A stretch of DNA of 20,000 bases from an uncultured virus (IMG/VR IMGVR_UViG_3300030118_003994) (IMGVR_UViG_3300030118_003994), one strand, 5' to 3'; counted from the first letter of the stretch, positions 1-9,534 are shown. Notes: generated from the sequence alone by a model not told the origin. Numbers and translations: made by a program.

Positions 1-827
1 TATAAAGTAATTAATCTTGTTACATCTTCTACTTTTGCTTTGTAATCTTCTGCTAAAGCTTTATTTTTACACTTAGCATCTTCGTATCTTAAATTTAACG
101 CTTTTAAACAACAATAAACATCACACAACCCTAAATCACTAACTACATTTGTATTAGCAAAACCTGATATAGTAGTTAAAACGCTATAAGAACCTGCATT
201 TCCTGTTAAAGAGTATTCTAAAATAGATTGAACATCAGAAGTCCATAGTCCAGTTGTAATACCAGTATAAGTTATAGTTGAATTAGAACCTTGGTCTACA
301 GGGCTAGGTAAAAGATTTCCGCTAGAATCTGTTGCTCCTTGAGGAGGGTATAAGCTGTGGGTTCTAGTTTGAGAAGACACAGTGTAAGAACCAGAAGATG
401 TATAATCTGTTGAATCTGCTGATGTTATTTGAGAAGCAACAGTAGAAGCTTCTAAAGTCAATAAAACAGAAGGAGCTGTAAAGTTATATGTAAAATTAAT
501 TTGCGAAGCTGATTCTATAGTACCAGAACCAGAGCTTGGATAAACAGAATAATCAACAGCCCAAATATCACCAACATTTAAAGAAGATAATGTTAATTCT
601 AATTTTCTAGAATTTTGAACAGGGCTAGACGGAGAATAATCTGTAGGAGCAACAGTTATATCTGGAGAACTACTAGTTCCAGGAGTATTAAAAGCACTTC
701 CGTTTTGAACTATAGTTACAACACCATGTATATTACCAGAATAACCACTAGTGTAATCTGTAGTATCTTCTATTATAATTTTACCATTATTTATATCGAA
801 TATAACTTTATGTGTTATCGTTGCCAT
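1..827 (-). CDS. Putative virion structural protein, 3'-truncated by the window edge; paralogous to an internal module of the 1788-aa protein
   Basis: Not in the ORF track. Manual translation from ATG at 827 is open to position 1: MATITHKVIFDINNGKIIIEDTTDY...TRTHSLYPP...LCDVYCCLKALNLRYEDAKCKNK...RLITL. A-rich leader and TATATTTG box 20 nt upstream. Confidence 0.85.
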   Translation of the reverse strand, partial: MATITHKVIFDINNGKIIIEDTTDYTSGYSGNIHGVVTIVQNGSAFNTPGTSSSPDITVAPTDYSPSSPVQNSRKLELTLSSLNVGDIWAVDYSVYPSSGSGTIESASQINFTYNFTAPSVLLTLEASTVASQITSADSTDYTSSGSYTVSSQTRTHSLYPPQGATDSSGNLLPSPVDQGSNSTITYTGITTGLWTSDVQSILEYSLTGNAGSYSVLTTISGFANTNVVSDLGLCDVYCCLKALNLRYEDAKCKNKALAEDYKAKVEDVTRLITL

Positions 828-847
828 TTTTTATTTTTTATATATTA

Positions 848-855
848 CAAATATA
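848..855 (-). promoter_or_regulatory. Bacteroidota-type -7 promoter element (TATATTTG)
   Basis: caaatata on + strand; intergenic; matches TAnnTTTG; oriented toward the ATG at 827. Confidence 0.7.
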
Positions 856-881
856 GTAAATTTTTATCAATATTCCTAGAA

Positions 882-1748
882 CTAATAACCAGAACTACCA
901 CCCGAACTTGATGAGCCACCAGAAGAGCCAGAACTTGATGACGGTGAAGAGTAAGAAGAACCGCTAGAAGCTGTTGTAGATGAAGAAACAGAAATACTTG
1001 TGTTATTATTTACATTATTGCTTGTGTTACTAATATTATTAAATGTTTTTTTATCCCACTCCATAAAAAAACTTATTTTTGTTTGAGGTTGTGTTGATAA
1101 AAAATAATTAGAAACATAATTGTTTTTTTCTAATTCTTTTATTTTAAACTTTACATAATCATTTTTTATTTCAACTACATCTATATCTAAATCACTGTTA
1201 TCAATTTTATATTCTACATAAGGTATACCATCTAAAGATTTATCAAAACGAATGTAAAAACAATTATTTTTATATTTAAATAATTGGCTTGTTGTTTTTT
1301 CGCTTTCAACCTTATAACCAGAAGCATCTTTTTCATTTAAAGTTTTGCTTTCTATAAAATGATTTCTATCTGTAAATTTAAAAGTAGATTCTATGTTTAA
1401 AATATTTTTAAAAGACAATTCGCTTTTTCTCATATTATTATAAGTTGTAATAATTTTTCTACGTTCTTTTATAAGATTGTCTTTTATTTTTTCGTTTTTA
1501 GATTTGTAATCTGCTATAACATCAGTAAAGTTTTTTTGTAAATCAAGTGTATAAACATATGGATTTGCAGATGTCCCTTTTCCTGTTTGCTCAAGAGTTA
1601 TAATGTTAGATTTGTTTTTTACAACAGCATAATCTCCTTTGTGTCCTACCTTTTTAGGTACACGCCTATTATTTACACCATTAGTATATATAATATTTTT
1701 AGTGTTGTCTACAGGTTCTTTTACTGATTTTAAATTTCTTCTTGACAT
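882..1748 (-). CDS. Hypothetical protein, Lys/Asn-rich, with Ser/Gly low-complexity C-terminal tail ending SSGY
   Basis: 288-aa ORF starting 6 nt after the stop of the 1788-aa gene; no family recognised. Confidence 0.75.
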   Translation of the reverse strand: MSRRNLKSVKEPVDNTKNIIYTNGVNNRRVPKKVGHKGDYAVVKNKSNIITLEQTGKGTSANPYVYTLDLQKNFTDVIADYKSKNEKIKDNLIKERRKIITTYNNMRKSELSFKNILNIESTFKFTDRNHFIESKTLNEKDASGYKVESEKTTSQLFKYKNNCFYIRFDKSLDGIPYVEYKIDNSDLDIDVVEIKNDYVKFKIKELEKNNYVSNYFLSTQPQTKISFFMEWDKKTFNNISNTSNNVNNNTSISVSSSTTASSGSSYSSPSSSSGSSGGSSSSGGSSGY

Positions 1749-1754
1749 ATATTT

Positions 1755-4700
1755 TTATATTATAACAGTTACAGTGGTTGAACAAATAGTATAAGGAAGA
1801 TTATCCTGCATATACTCAACTCTTGTTTTTAATCCTCCAGCACCGCTACCGCCAGAAGTTCCAGGAACATCTCCAGAGCCAACACTTATGGTTAAAGAGT
1901 TAGAGCCAGAATTGTATATTTTTACCATAAAACCGGCAAGTAATGTTAGGTCTAAGTTTGGACTTAAATTAAGAGTAAATGAACTTACACCTTCTACAGA
2001 TATGTTTATATTTGCCAATACGTTCATATGACTCAAATCTAAAGAGCTAATTCCTTGTAAAGGACCAATCATTAAATTTGATAAAGCAACATTTTGACTT
2101 AAATCTAAAGTTGTTAAAGGTTGTCCTATAATATCAACAGCATATAATGCCGGAGAGTCTGTAGGAGTAAAACTAGTTAAGGTTCTGTGGTCCCTACAAC
2201 TCCCACTACAAATACATCCAGCGTACATATCACCAGCAGCACATTGAGCCGCTGTATTACCACAAGAGTTAGGGTTATTACCAATACTAGTGGTTAGCCC
2301 CCCAATCATAATAAAAGACCCTAAAGAAGAACATCCCGTTAAGTCTACAGATGTTATTGAGTTCCAGCTTAAATCAACATTTACAAGCTTTGACATGCCG
2401 CTTAAATCAACAGCTCCAGTAATGTTTTCACCTTTAAAATTTAACCATGCAAGGCAGCTTAATTCTTTTATATTATCAAGATTAGAAACAGCACCATAAA
2501 CACCAGTTGAGAAAAAATTACTGGTTCCATTTAATATTTGAATCAAACATTTATAATCATTATCTATAGAGGCATCTCCTGTAGTTCCGGAAACACCACT
2601 ATTAATTGCTAATTCATTTTCTAAAATAAGCTCAAGCTCAGGGTCTGTAATTGCTGTTGTCCCTGTACAATTACAGTTATTACAAGGAGCACAAGGTGTA
2701 TATCCTCCACCTCCATAAGTACAAGAACCATCATCTATTGTAGCAGTTGCATTGTAATTATCGGCATTTGAATCTGTACATCCGGAACAACTAGCGTATA
2801 CTTGTATTTCAAATCCTGGAGCTCCAGTTGGTGGAACCGCATCTGAGTGATAACCTATATATAAATTATTATTATCATAAAACATTCTTCCTAATTGATG
2901 AGCTGTACCAGTAAGATTAATATCTTCTCCTATTATAAACCAAGCAGAACCATTGTATTTTTCTACTCTTATACCGTCTGTGCTGTACGGGTGTTTAGAG
3001 TATGCTATTATTAAATTTGATTCTTTATCTGTTGTATATGTGTAATTATTAACAAATGCCTGACCACTATTTGAGCTGTGTAAAACATTTACAGATAAGC
3101 TATTATGTATATAATTCCATGTTAAATTATTTCCATCCCATACGGAAGCTTTTATTTTCATGTCGTTTTGATTAGCATATGGTTTTTTAATTCTATATAT
3201 TTTAAGGTCAGAAGCTTGTTTTGAAGCTATTAAATGACCGTCAGTGTCATCTTGCACCCCTCCAGTAGTTTCAATAAGCTCCCAATATTCATTTACTTTA
3301 TCATACTTGTGCAGTAAATAATTACCACCAGAATTAAGTTGTATTAACGCCCACAAAAGATTGTTTTTATCAACATCACATTTTGCTCCATAAATAGCAT
3401 TAAACTCATCTCCATTAACATCTACGTTTTTTATTTTTGTCCAAAGAGCCGTATCAGGAGACCACATATACTGACCTTGATTTGACCTTTCTCCTTCTAA
3501 ACAAAAACTACATGTATTGTTAGTCTTTTTAAATACATCTCCTAATAAATAAAGATTTCTTCTATAATTATTAAAAGAACTATCCTTTGCATCTAATTTT
3601 AAATGTCCAATTCTAAAATATGAAGCAGGATAAGGAGTTCCATCAGTAGTATTAGTGTTTATATAATTTGTTCCTGAAATTGAAGGAAAGTTTCCGGTAT
3701 CTAATTTAGAAATATCCATAAAACTATTAGTAGTTATATTGTACCTCAAAGTAACCTGTACTATATACTGAGTACCACTACTCCAGGTGTAATTTTGTCC
3801 ATTTGAATCAACACCCGTAACGTCATTATTTAATTGATTTGTTTGTTGAAAATGAATATATATAATATCTTCACTTGTGTCGCAAATTATTTCTATAGAC
3901 TGAAGGTTTCCTGTAGGACCTCCAACCGGAGTTCCTAATTGGTCTCTAGTTCCAAAAGGAATTTCTCTTAAATTACTCCAGCTAGAGCCATCAAACTTTC
4001 TAAGAAAAGCAGCATCTTGATTTGTAGAATGAATTAAACCTACATCATAAAATACAGCATACACATTACCAGTTGAATCAATAGCCATGCTTCCTGATTC
4101 CTGACTTTCTCCTTGATGAACATCACCCCTATTACCTACATAGTCCCACGAAGCTAAAGCATTACATGGGGCTGGTAAGTATTGACACGAACCATCATCT
4201 ACTTGAGCTCCTGCAAAGTAGTTAACTGCAGTTGGGTCTGTACAACCATAAACTACAGCAATACAAGAACCATCATCAAAAACTGCATTAGGGTCGTAGT
4301 TTGTTGCAGTAGGGTCAGTACATCCCCATGATAAAGTAGGTCCTCCAGAACAAGGAATATATGTCCAAACTTGACCCATATCATACAAAGGAATTTGATT
4401 TACATCAAAAGCATTCCAAGCAGGAATAGTGTTTAACTGAAAACATAAGTCATATGTTTGGTTGTTTCCACTAGCCTGAAAGGTAACATAATCACCAACA
4501 GCATACCCTCCATTGTTATGTGTGTTATCATCCCACTCTAAAACAGAAGGGTCATCACAAGGACAAAGAGAACCTCCACCTCCTCCGGTTCCTCCACCCC
4601 CTCCGGTTCCTCCACCACCAGAACCACCAGGCCCTCCACCACCTGTATTTGTAATGCCTCCTCCAGAAGTATCGTCACATTTTATAGGGTCAAATTTAGG

Positions 4701-7121
4701 TTTTCCAGAGCTAGCCATATTTAAATTAACATAAGGATTTCCACAACAATTTTCATAAGTTATGTCATCCAGATTTGTTATATCTAATATATCCCATAAT
4801 TCACTATAATCTTCAGCACAACCAGTTCCCTGCCCTAACATAAATAATGTTAAAAGTTCTATTGCTCTTTTATATTTTTCCTCAAACTTTTTAATTTTTA
4901 CAATATCTCTTTTACATATAGCATCATCATATCTATTTTTTAATTTTTTAATATGTTGATTTATTCCACAAGGGTCTATAAGACAAACAACATTAGTAAA
5001 GTCTGTTCCTGTCATTGTTTTTATAACACAAGCAGAAGTATAAAGAACAGTGTGTGAAGGAGTTGCTGGAATTTCCCAAACTATTTCTGTAGTAATCATG
5101 TTTCTCCATTCACCTTCATATAGGTCATGAGAAATAAACTGTGCCCCTGTTGAGCCAGCAGGTGAAGGTAATCCACTAGAAGCTGGTGGAAATATTTCGT
5201 GTGTTCTGGTAAACGTATAAGGTATACCAGATATATTATAATCTGTATTATCATTACTTTCTAACTCCCCTTCACAATCATAAGTTAGAGAAGCATCTAT
5301 TTCTAAATTTCCAAATAAATCTATATCTGAAGCATTTAAAAACATTGTTTTTGTATAATCAACACCACTACCACCTGTAAAGTTCCAATCCATTATAATT
5401 TCATAAATATCATCTATATATGTATTGGAAGAAGATTTAGGTATAGGAATAGAAGAATTCATACCTAATTTATTATTTTCATCATAAGTTCTATTAGAAG
5501 CTAAAGCGTCATCATTAAATATATCTGGCGAAACTAAAGAGCCAGGATAAGAAATAGAACCATTAGAATGTTTTATAGTTATAGCTACTGTAGAAGTATT
5601 GTAAGAGCTACCCGCAACCACATAATCGTTTTCATCAACAAATTCAAAAGTTTCTTCGTCTAAATTTAAACAAACCTTTAAACCATCAGGAGAAGGATAA
5701 ACTGGAGCATTTGCCACAGTGACAGTTACTGTTTCTATACATCCAGCAAACTTTCCAAGACCCTGAACTGTACAAGTGTAGGTTCCTGCAGAAAGACCAG
5801 ATATAGCCGCCCCTGTCATACCATTACTCCATGTATATATCATATTGGACAATCCAGTTGCTACCACTGTAGCTGTACCGTCATTAGCACCAACTGCAGT
5901 TTCTCCAGTAGATGTTCCTGTGGCTGATATAGAAGCAAATTGAATAGATGCTTGTGGAAATGTATATTGATACATTGGTGAGTTAAACACACAAGAAGTA
6001 CCAACTCCAGCATTAATTGTAACAGTAACATCTTCCTCAACTGTTGTTAAATAAGAAACAATGCCTGAAAAAGTGCTTAAATTTTCATTAGTTGATTGTA
6101 AAACATTACCAGAAGAATCTGTCCAAACAACATCTATATTTGTAAACAAACTTGAGCCTGGAGCAGAAGCCGTAACATTAACACTAAGGTCAGCACTTCC
6201 ACAAAAATTATCTACAGGGTTTGGAGATGCAGATATATTACAAGCGTTACTTGTTGCTGGCTGAATAGTAAATGTTCCGCTATTACCACAACCAAAACTA
6301 TTAATGTCTGCAGGACAATTACCAGTTCCATGAACCCAAGATAATACCCAAGAATAGGTACCGGGAGCTAAATTTTGTATGGTAATATTATCATAAGGAG
6401 CAGTTCCTGTAGGACTATAAGTTGTTGTTCCTCCTAGAGGGTTATTAAAAATTAAAATTGGTTCACAAGCAGGCTGATTGTTTCCAGAGTTTGGAAATGA
6501 TATAATTACCTGTCCATCTGCATTTCCAGAGTTAGTAGTATAATTCCAAGTTTCATTACTGTAAGTAGCCAAACCATTGTAATTTGTATTACAAGGACTT
6601 CCTGCTCCAGGAAAACAACTAGCACAGTCCGTGAATAAATGCAAGCTACTTCCTTGGTTTTGTAAAACAAAAAGATTTCCAGGAGATTGTAAAGAAAGAT
6701 TTGTAGTTGTTTCTGAATCAAGAAGACGACCATAAGCTATGTTTTGTCCAGTAATATAACCACCATGACCAAGAGGTGAGTTTTGATATATGTCACTTGG
6801 AGACACTATTGTTCCTGCCCCACCCGCAAAAGCTGTGTAAGTTACTTTTTGAAAAAATTCAATACACCATTTATCACCATTAGGTGCTTCTACTCTACAT
6901 TTTTGTCCTTGTTGTGCTGTTGAAGCAATAGATTGATTTAAGCTAAAATCATAAAGAGCACCATCAACAGGACTATAAGAGTCATTGTTAATCCAAAACA
7001 AGCCTCCTTCGTCTGTTTCTGGCGTGCATTGATTGTCTGAATATCTTCTGGCAATCCAAGCACACTCTGTTCCCTGACTGTCTACAAAAGCTATTTCATT
7101 CCACTGTAAAGTATGAGACAT
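1755..7121 (-). CDS. Large Cys-rich mosaic adhesin / fibre-like virion protein (SprB-like repeats, shared module, Gly linker, CBM5/12-like, GCTD..DDGSC repeats, probable beta-propeller, LRR)
   Basis: 1788-aa ORF two genes downstream of the capsid gene. Motifs: DGTATV..YTWSNG..ISGLSAGTYTCTV; 3x GCTDxxAxNYxxxAxxDDGSC; FDGSSW/WDGNNLTW/YNGSAW; LTTLDLSQNVALSNL. No obvious signal peptide. Confidence 0.8.
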   Translation of the reverse strand: MSHTLQWNEIAFVDSQGTECAWIARRYSDNQCTPETDEGGLFWINNDSYSPVDGALYDFSLNQSIASTAQQGQKCRVEAPNGDKWCIEFFQKVTYTAFAGGAGTIVSPSDIYQNSPLGHGGYITGQNIAYGRLLDSETTTNLSLQSPGNLFVLQNQGSSLHLFTDCASCFPGAGSPCNTNYNGLATYSNETWNYTTNSGNADGQVIISFPNSGNNQPACEPILIFNNPLGGTTTYSPTGTAPYDNITIQNLAPGTYSWVLSWVHGTGNCPADINSFGCGNSGTFTIQPATSNACNISASPNPVDNFCGSADLSVNVTASAPGSSLFTNIDVVWTDSSGNVLQSTNENLSTFSGIVSYLTTVEEDVTVTINAGVGTSCVFNSPMYQYTFPQASIQFASISATGTSTGETAVGANDGTATVVATGLSNMIYTWSNGMTGAAISGLSAGTYTCTVQGLGKFAGCIETVTVTVANAPVYPSPDGLKVCLNLDEETFEFVDENDYVVAGSSYNTSTVAITIKHSNGSISYPGSLVSPDIFNDDALASNRTYDENNKLGMNSSIPIPKSSSNTYIDDIYEIIMDWNFTGGSGVDYTKTMFLNASDIDLFGNLEIDASLTYDCEGELESNDNTDYNISGIPYTFTRTHEIFPPASSGLPSPAGSTGAQFISHDLYEGEWRNMITTEIVWEIPATPSHTVLYTSACVIKTMTGTDFTNVVCLIDPCGINQHIKKLKNRYDDAICKRDIVKIKKFEEKYKRAIELLTLFMLGQGTGCAEDYSELWDILDITNLDDITYENCCGNPYVNLNMASSGKPKFDPIKCDDTSGGGITNTGGGGPGGSGGGGTGGGGGTGGGGGSLCPCDDPSVLEWDDNTHNNGGYAVGDYVTFQASGNNQTYDLCFQLNTIPAWNAFDVNQIPLYDMGQVWTYIPCSGGPTLSWGCTDPTATNYDPNAVFDDGSCIAVVYGCTDPTAVNYFAGAQVDDGSCQYLPAPCNALASWDYVGNRGDVHQGESQESGSMAIDSTGNVYAVFYDVGLIHSTNQDAAFLRKFDGSSWSNLREIPFGTRDQLGTPVGGPTGNLQSIEIICDTSEDIIYIHFQQTNQLNNDVTGVDSNGQNYTWSSGTQYIVQVTLRYNITTNSFMDISKLDTGNFPSISGTNYINTNTTDGTPYPASYFRIGHLKLDAKDSSFNNYRRNLYLLGDVFKKTNNTCSFCLEGERSNQGQYMWSPDTALWTKIKNVDVNGDEFNAIYGAKCDVDKNNLLWALIQLNSGGNYLLHKYDKVNEYWELIETTGGVQDDTDGHLIASKQASDLKIYRIKKPYANQNDMKIKASVWDGNNLTWNYIHNSLSVNVLHSSNSGQAFVNNYTYTTDKESNLIIAYSKHPYSTDGIRVEKYNGSAWFIIGEDINLTGTAHQLGRMFYDNNNLYIGYHSDAVPPTGAPGFEIQVYASCSGCTDSNADNYNATATIDDGSCTYGGGGYTPCAPCNNCNCTGTTAITDPELELILENELAINSGVSGTTGDASIDNDYKCLIQILNGTSNFFSTGVYGAVSNLDNIKELSCLAWLNFKGENITGAVDLSGMSKLVNVDLSWNSITSVDLTGCSSLGSFIMIGGLTTSIGNNPNSCGNTAAQCAAGDMYAGCICSGSCRDHRTLTSFTPTDSPALYAVDIIGQPLTTLDLSQNVALSNLMIGPLQGISSLDLSHMNVLANINISVEGVSSFTLNLSPNLDLTLLAGFMVKIYNSGSNSLTISVGSGDVPGTSGGSGAGGLKTRVEYMQDNLPYTICSTTVTVII
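2721..2783 (-). repeat. GCTD..DDGSC protein repeat, copy 3
   Basis: Encodes GCTDSNADNYNATATIDDGSC. Confidence 0.85.
4185..4325 (-). repeat. GCTD..DDGSC protein repeats, copies 1 and 2 (tandem, 26-aa period)
   Basis: GCTDPTATNYDPNAVFDDGSC (4325-4263) and GCTDPTAVNYFAGAQVDDGSC (4247-4185). Confidence 0.85.
4573..4620 (-). repeat. 18-nt tandem repeat encoding a (TGGGGG)n glycine linker
   Basis: cctccacctcctccggtt / cctccaccccctccggtt / cctccaccacca on the + strand. Confidence 0.8.
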
Positions 7122-7147
7122 TATTGTTTATTTGAATTCTTAATTTA

Positions 7148-7155
7148 CAAATATA
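7148..7155 (-). promoter_or_regulatory. Bacteroidota-type -7 promoter element for the 1788-aa gene
   Basis: TTTTTTGTATATTTG on the minus strand, 26 nt before ATG 7121, just after a terminator. Confidence 0.7.
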
Positions 7156-7172
7156 CAAAAAACTTATGAAAT

Positions 7173-7206
7173 AAAAAAGGGGATATACAATAAATATTCC
7201 CCTTTT
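7173..7206 (-). terminator. Intrinsic terminator after the 271-aa gene
   Basis: Minus strand AAAAGGGGAATAT-TTATTGT-ATATCCCCTTTTTT: stem with one bulge followed by a U tract. Confidence 0.7.
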
Positions 7207-7226
7207 CAAACCTAGTAAAACTTATA

Positions 7227-8042
7227 TTAATTTACAACTTTTTCTTTTGTTTTTTTAGTTTTTTCAGGCTCTCCAGACAGTAGTCTTTTTATTCTGCTAA
7301 AAACTGGTGTACCCTCATCATTCATTGTGTATTCAGTTAAAGCGTCTACAGGATTAACACCTACAGGAACTGTAAATATTAACTCTTTTGTATCTGACCA
7401 TAAAAACTGTCTTTTACCTTTATTTTCAATAATTAATCTTTCATCTATTGCATCCATTATTACCTGTTTTCTTTCAATTATTGGATTAGAAATTTCTTCC
7501 ATAAAAGCCGTTGGATTGTTTTTAGCCATAATCATCATATCATGTTTTATTTCATACATACTTCTGTCTATGTCTAACTCTAAAGCTCTAGCATACCCAA
7601 CCATTTTTTGAGCATCCATTTTCATTAAAGTATCAACAGCTATATACTGAATCTCCATTTGGTCTAAAGATTTTTCAGCGTCAAACTCATTGTTAATAAC
7701 ATTAAACAAAACTTTTTTATCAGGAATTCTATCAGGATTATCACCGTTATAATTACAAGTATCTAAATATTTTTTTAAAGTTACTTGATTGTATTGAACT
7801 GGTAGTATACCATTAGTAAAAACAATATCTCCTATTATAGGGTTGTCTGAACTTTGTTCATCTTGATATATTGATTGTTCACCCATAACATAACGAATCA
7901 TTCTATTTGTGTTTGTTTTTTCACAATAAATTTCATCTATAGATGGTATTCTTGAACTTGATGCGAAATTTTTTCCCTGTGTTGCAGGAACTTCATTTTT
8001 GTACGATATTTGATATATCGTTGATTTTTTCTTTTTTGCCAT
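7227..8042 (-). CDS. Conserved phage hypothetical protein immediately downstream of the major capsid gene
   Basis: 271-aa ORF with A-rich leader; position next to the MCP; function not recognised. Confidence 0.75.
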   Translation of the reverse strand: MAKKKKSTIYQISYKNEVPATQGKNFASSSRIPSIDEIYCEKTNTNRMIRYVMGEQSIYQDEQSSDNPIIGDIVFTNGILPVQYNQVTLKKYLDTCNYNGDNPDRIPDKKVLFNVINNEFDAEKSLDQMEIQYIAVDTLMKMDAQKMVGYARALELDIDRSMYEIKHDMMIMAKNNPTAFMEEISNPIIERKQVIMDAIDERLIIENKGKRQFLWSDTKELIFTVPVGVNPVDALTEYTMNDEGTPVFSRIKRLLSGEPEKTKKTKEKVVN

Positions 8043-8066
8043 TTTCTAAAATTTAATATAATTAAT

Positions 8067-8105
8067 AAAAAAAAGAAAGGGGGGAGGCTTTCCCCCCTGT
8101 TCTTT
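8067..8105 (-). terminator. Intrinsic terminator after the major capsid gene
   Basis: AGGGGGGA-AAGCC-TCCCCCCT perfect 8-bp stem followed by TTCTTTTTTTT on the minus strand. Confidence 0.85.
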
Positions 8106-8119
8106 CAGTAAATAAGCTA

Positions 8120-9499
8120 TTAAGCTCTTTCTAATAAGATGAATCTATTTGAAGCAAAACCTTCAAAACCTCTTTCAGTTCTATAGTGAACCTCCATGTT
8201 ATCAGTCTCATTAGTTGGATTTGCAAGACCTGCAGAACCTGTTAACCAGTGCTCCATTTTTCTTGAGTATCCACCCGCTTCTTTATATCTAATTCTTAAA
8301 GAAGGAGTAGCGTCTCCAGTTCTAGCATCCTTTCTCATATCTCCTGGTATTACCATACCCATTCCTGGATAGTTGAAACCAGCAGCACCAAACATTGGTA
8401 AGTAGTTAAATACATCATAAGTTTTCTTATGGAATGTGTAACCACCTCTAGTGAAAGATTTAAATCCGAATGCTACAGCGATTTCTTCAGCACCATTAAA
8501 TGCACCGTAAGAAACACCACCTCCAGCAAACATTGCAGCTATTGCATCGTCAATTGCTAATGATAAGTCAATACCACACCACATAGTATTTTCTTTTGCA
8601 CCTCTATTTTGGTCTAGAGTTCTAATCATTGAATCAAAATCAGATAAATTAAATCCTGCTAATTGGTTGTAAGTTTGAGTGTTACCTGTTCTCATGAACT
8701 CAATAAGTCCTTCAGAACCTGTAATACCACCTTGACCAATAGTACCTGGTAAAGCAGCGTTTGTGTTTGTTGCGATTTTACCCTGAAGCATCATAGTCTC
8801 ACAGTAGTTTACAAAACGTCTGTAAGTGTCAGCCTCACCTTTTAAGTACCAAAGGTATCCTGATTGACCTGTATTTGGGTCAGTAACCTGGAACCAAGTT
8901 TTATTAGTAGCTTCAGAACCAGAAACTTCAAATGATTCTTTCATAATCATTGTGTAGTTAAAGTAATGATTTACCTCAGGAGTAATACCTTCTGGTTGAG
9001 CAGTGCTTTCAGCCCATTCATTACCAATAACAATTAAAGTTTCACCAGCTGCTAATGTAAATGCAGTGTTGTATGCAACCATAGTAATTTGGTCAGAAGC
9101 ATAGTTAACCGCAGTAACTAAAGCAAGGTCTCCACTTTTAGCCATAACAATATCACCTACTCTTGGAAAGTAATTTCCTCCAGCAGAACCTGTTGATGAA
9201 AAAGAAGTATCTAAACTTACGTTAGTACCAGCTAATGCAATTGTTGGTGTACCAGTATTTTTAAAACTTTGATGAATATAATCATCCTCATAGTGCTCAA
9301 ATTTACGTTGAGCAGTAGGAGCCATTGCCCCCATTGAATCTAGAAATCCTGTAAGAGATTGGTCTCCATAACGAGAGATAAAATCTTCAGCGACTTCTGG
9401 TGCATGTACGTTTAACGAAGAAACGTAATTTTCGGTAGTAGCAACCTGGAAAGCACTAGGAATTCCGTTTGCGTACCCCGCTCCACTTGAATATGCCAT
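8120..9499 (-). CDS. Major capsid protein
   Basis: 459 aa; position terL-portal-scaffold-this gene; strong terminator behind it; motifs (IMKESFEVSGS, GSEGL, GFKSFTRGGYTFHK, HYRTERG) resemble Bacteroidota-phage HK97-fold MCPs. Confidence 0.85.
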   Translation of the reverse strand: MAYSSGAGYANGIPSAFQVATTENYVSSLNVHAPEVAEDFISRYGDQSLTGFLDSMGAMAPTAQRKFEHYEDDYIHQSFKNTGTPTIALAGTNVSLDTSFSSTGSAGGNYFPRVGDIVMAKSGDLALVTAVNYASDQITMVAYNTAFTLAAGETLIVIGNEWAESTAQPEGITPEVNHYFNYTMIMKESFEVSGSEATNKTWFQVTDPNTGQSGYLWYLKGEADTYRRFVNYCETMMLQGKIATNTNAALPGTIGQGGITGSEGLIEFMRTGNTQTYNQLAGFNLSDFDSMIRTLDQNRGAKENTMWCGIDLSLAIDDAIAAMFAGGGVSYGAFNGAEEIAVAFGFKSFTRGGYTFHKKTYDVFNYLPMFGAAGFNYPGMGMVIPGDMRKDARTGDATPSLRIRYKEAGGYSRKMEHWLTGSAGLANPTNETDNMEVHYRTERGFEGFASNRFILLERA

Positions 9500-9534
9500 T
9501 TTTCTTGTTTTTTAAATGTTTAATAATTAATTGT

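Noticed and set aside
615..911. + strand 98-aa ORF
   Set aside because: Antisense to the real gene at 1-827 and crosses its promoter; TTG start; implausible composition
4513..4734. Pro-rich + strand ORF
   Set aside because: Simply the antisense reading of the Gly linker of the 1788-aa gene
1..7121. Diversity-generating retroelement targeting the adhesin
   Set aside because: No reverse transcriptase in the window and no near-identical nucleotide repeat pair differing at adenines was seen; the paralogous modules are highly diverged
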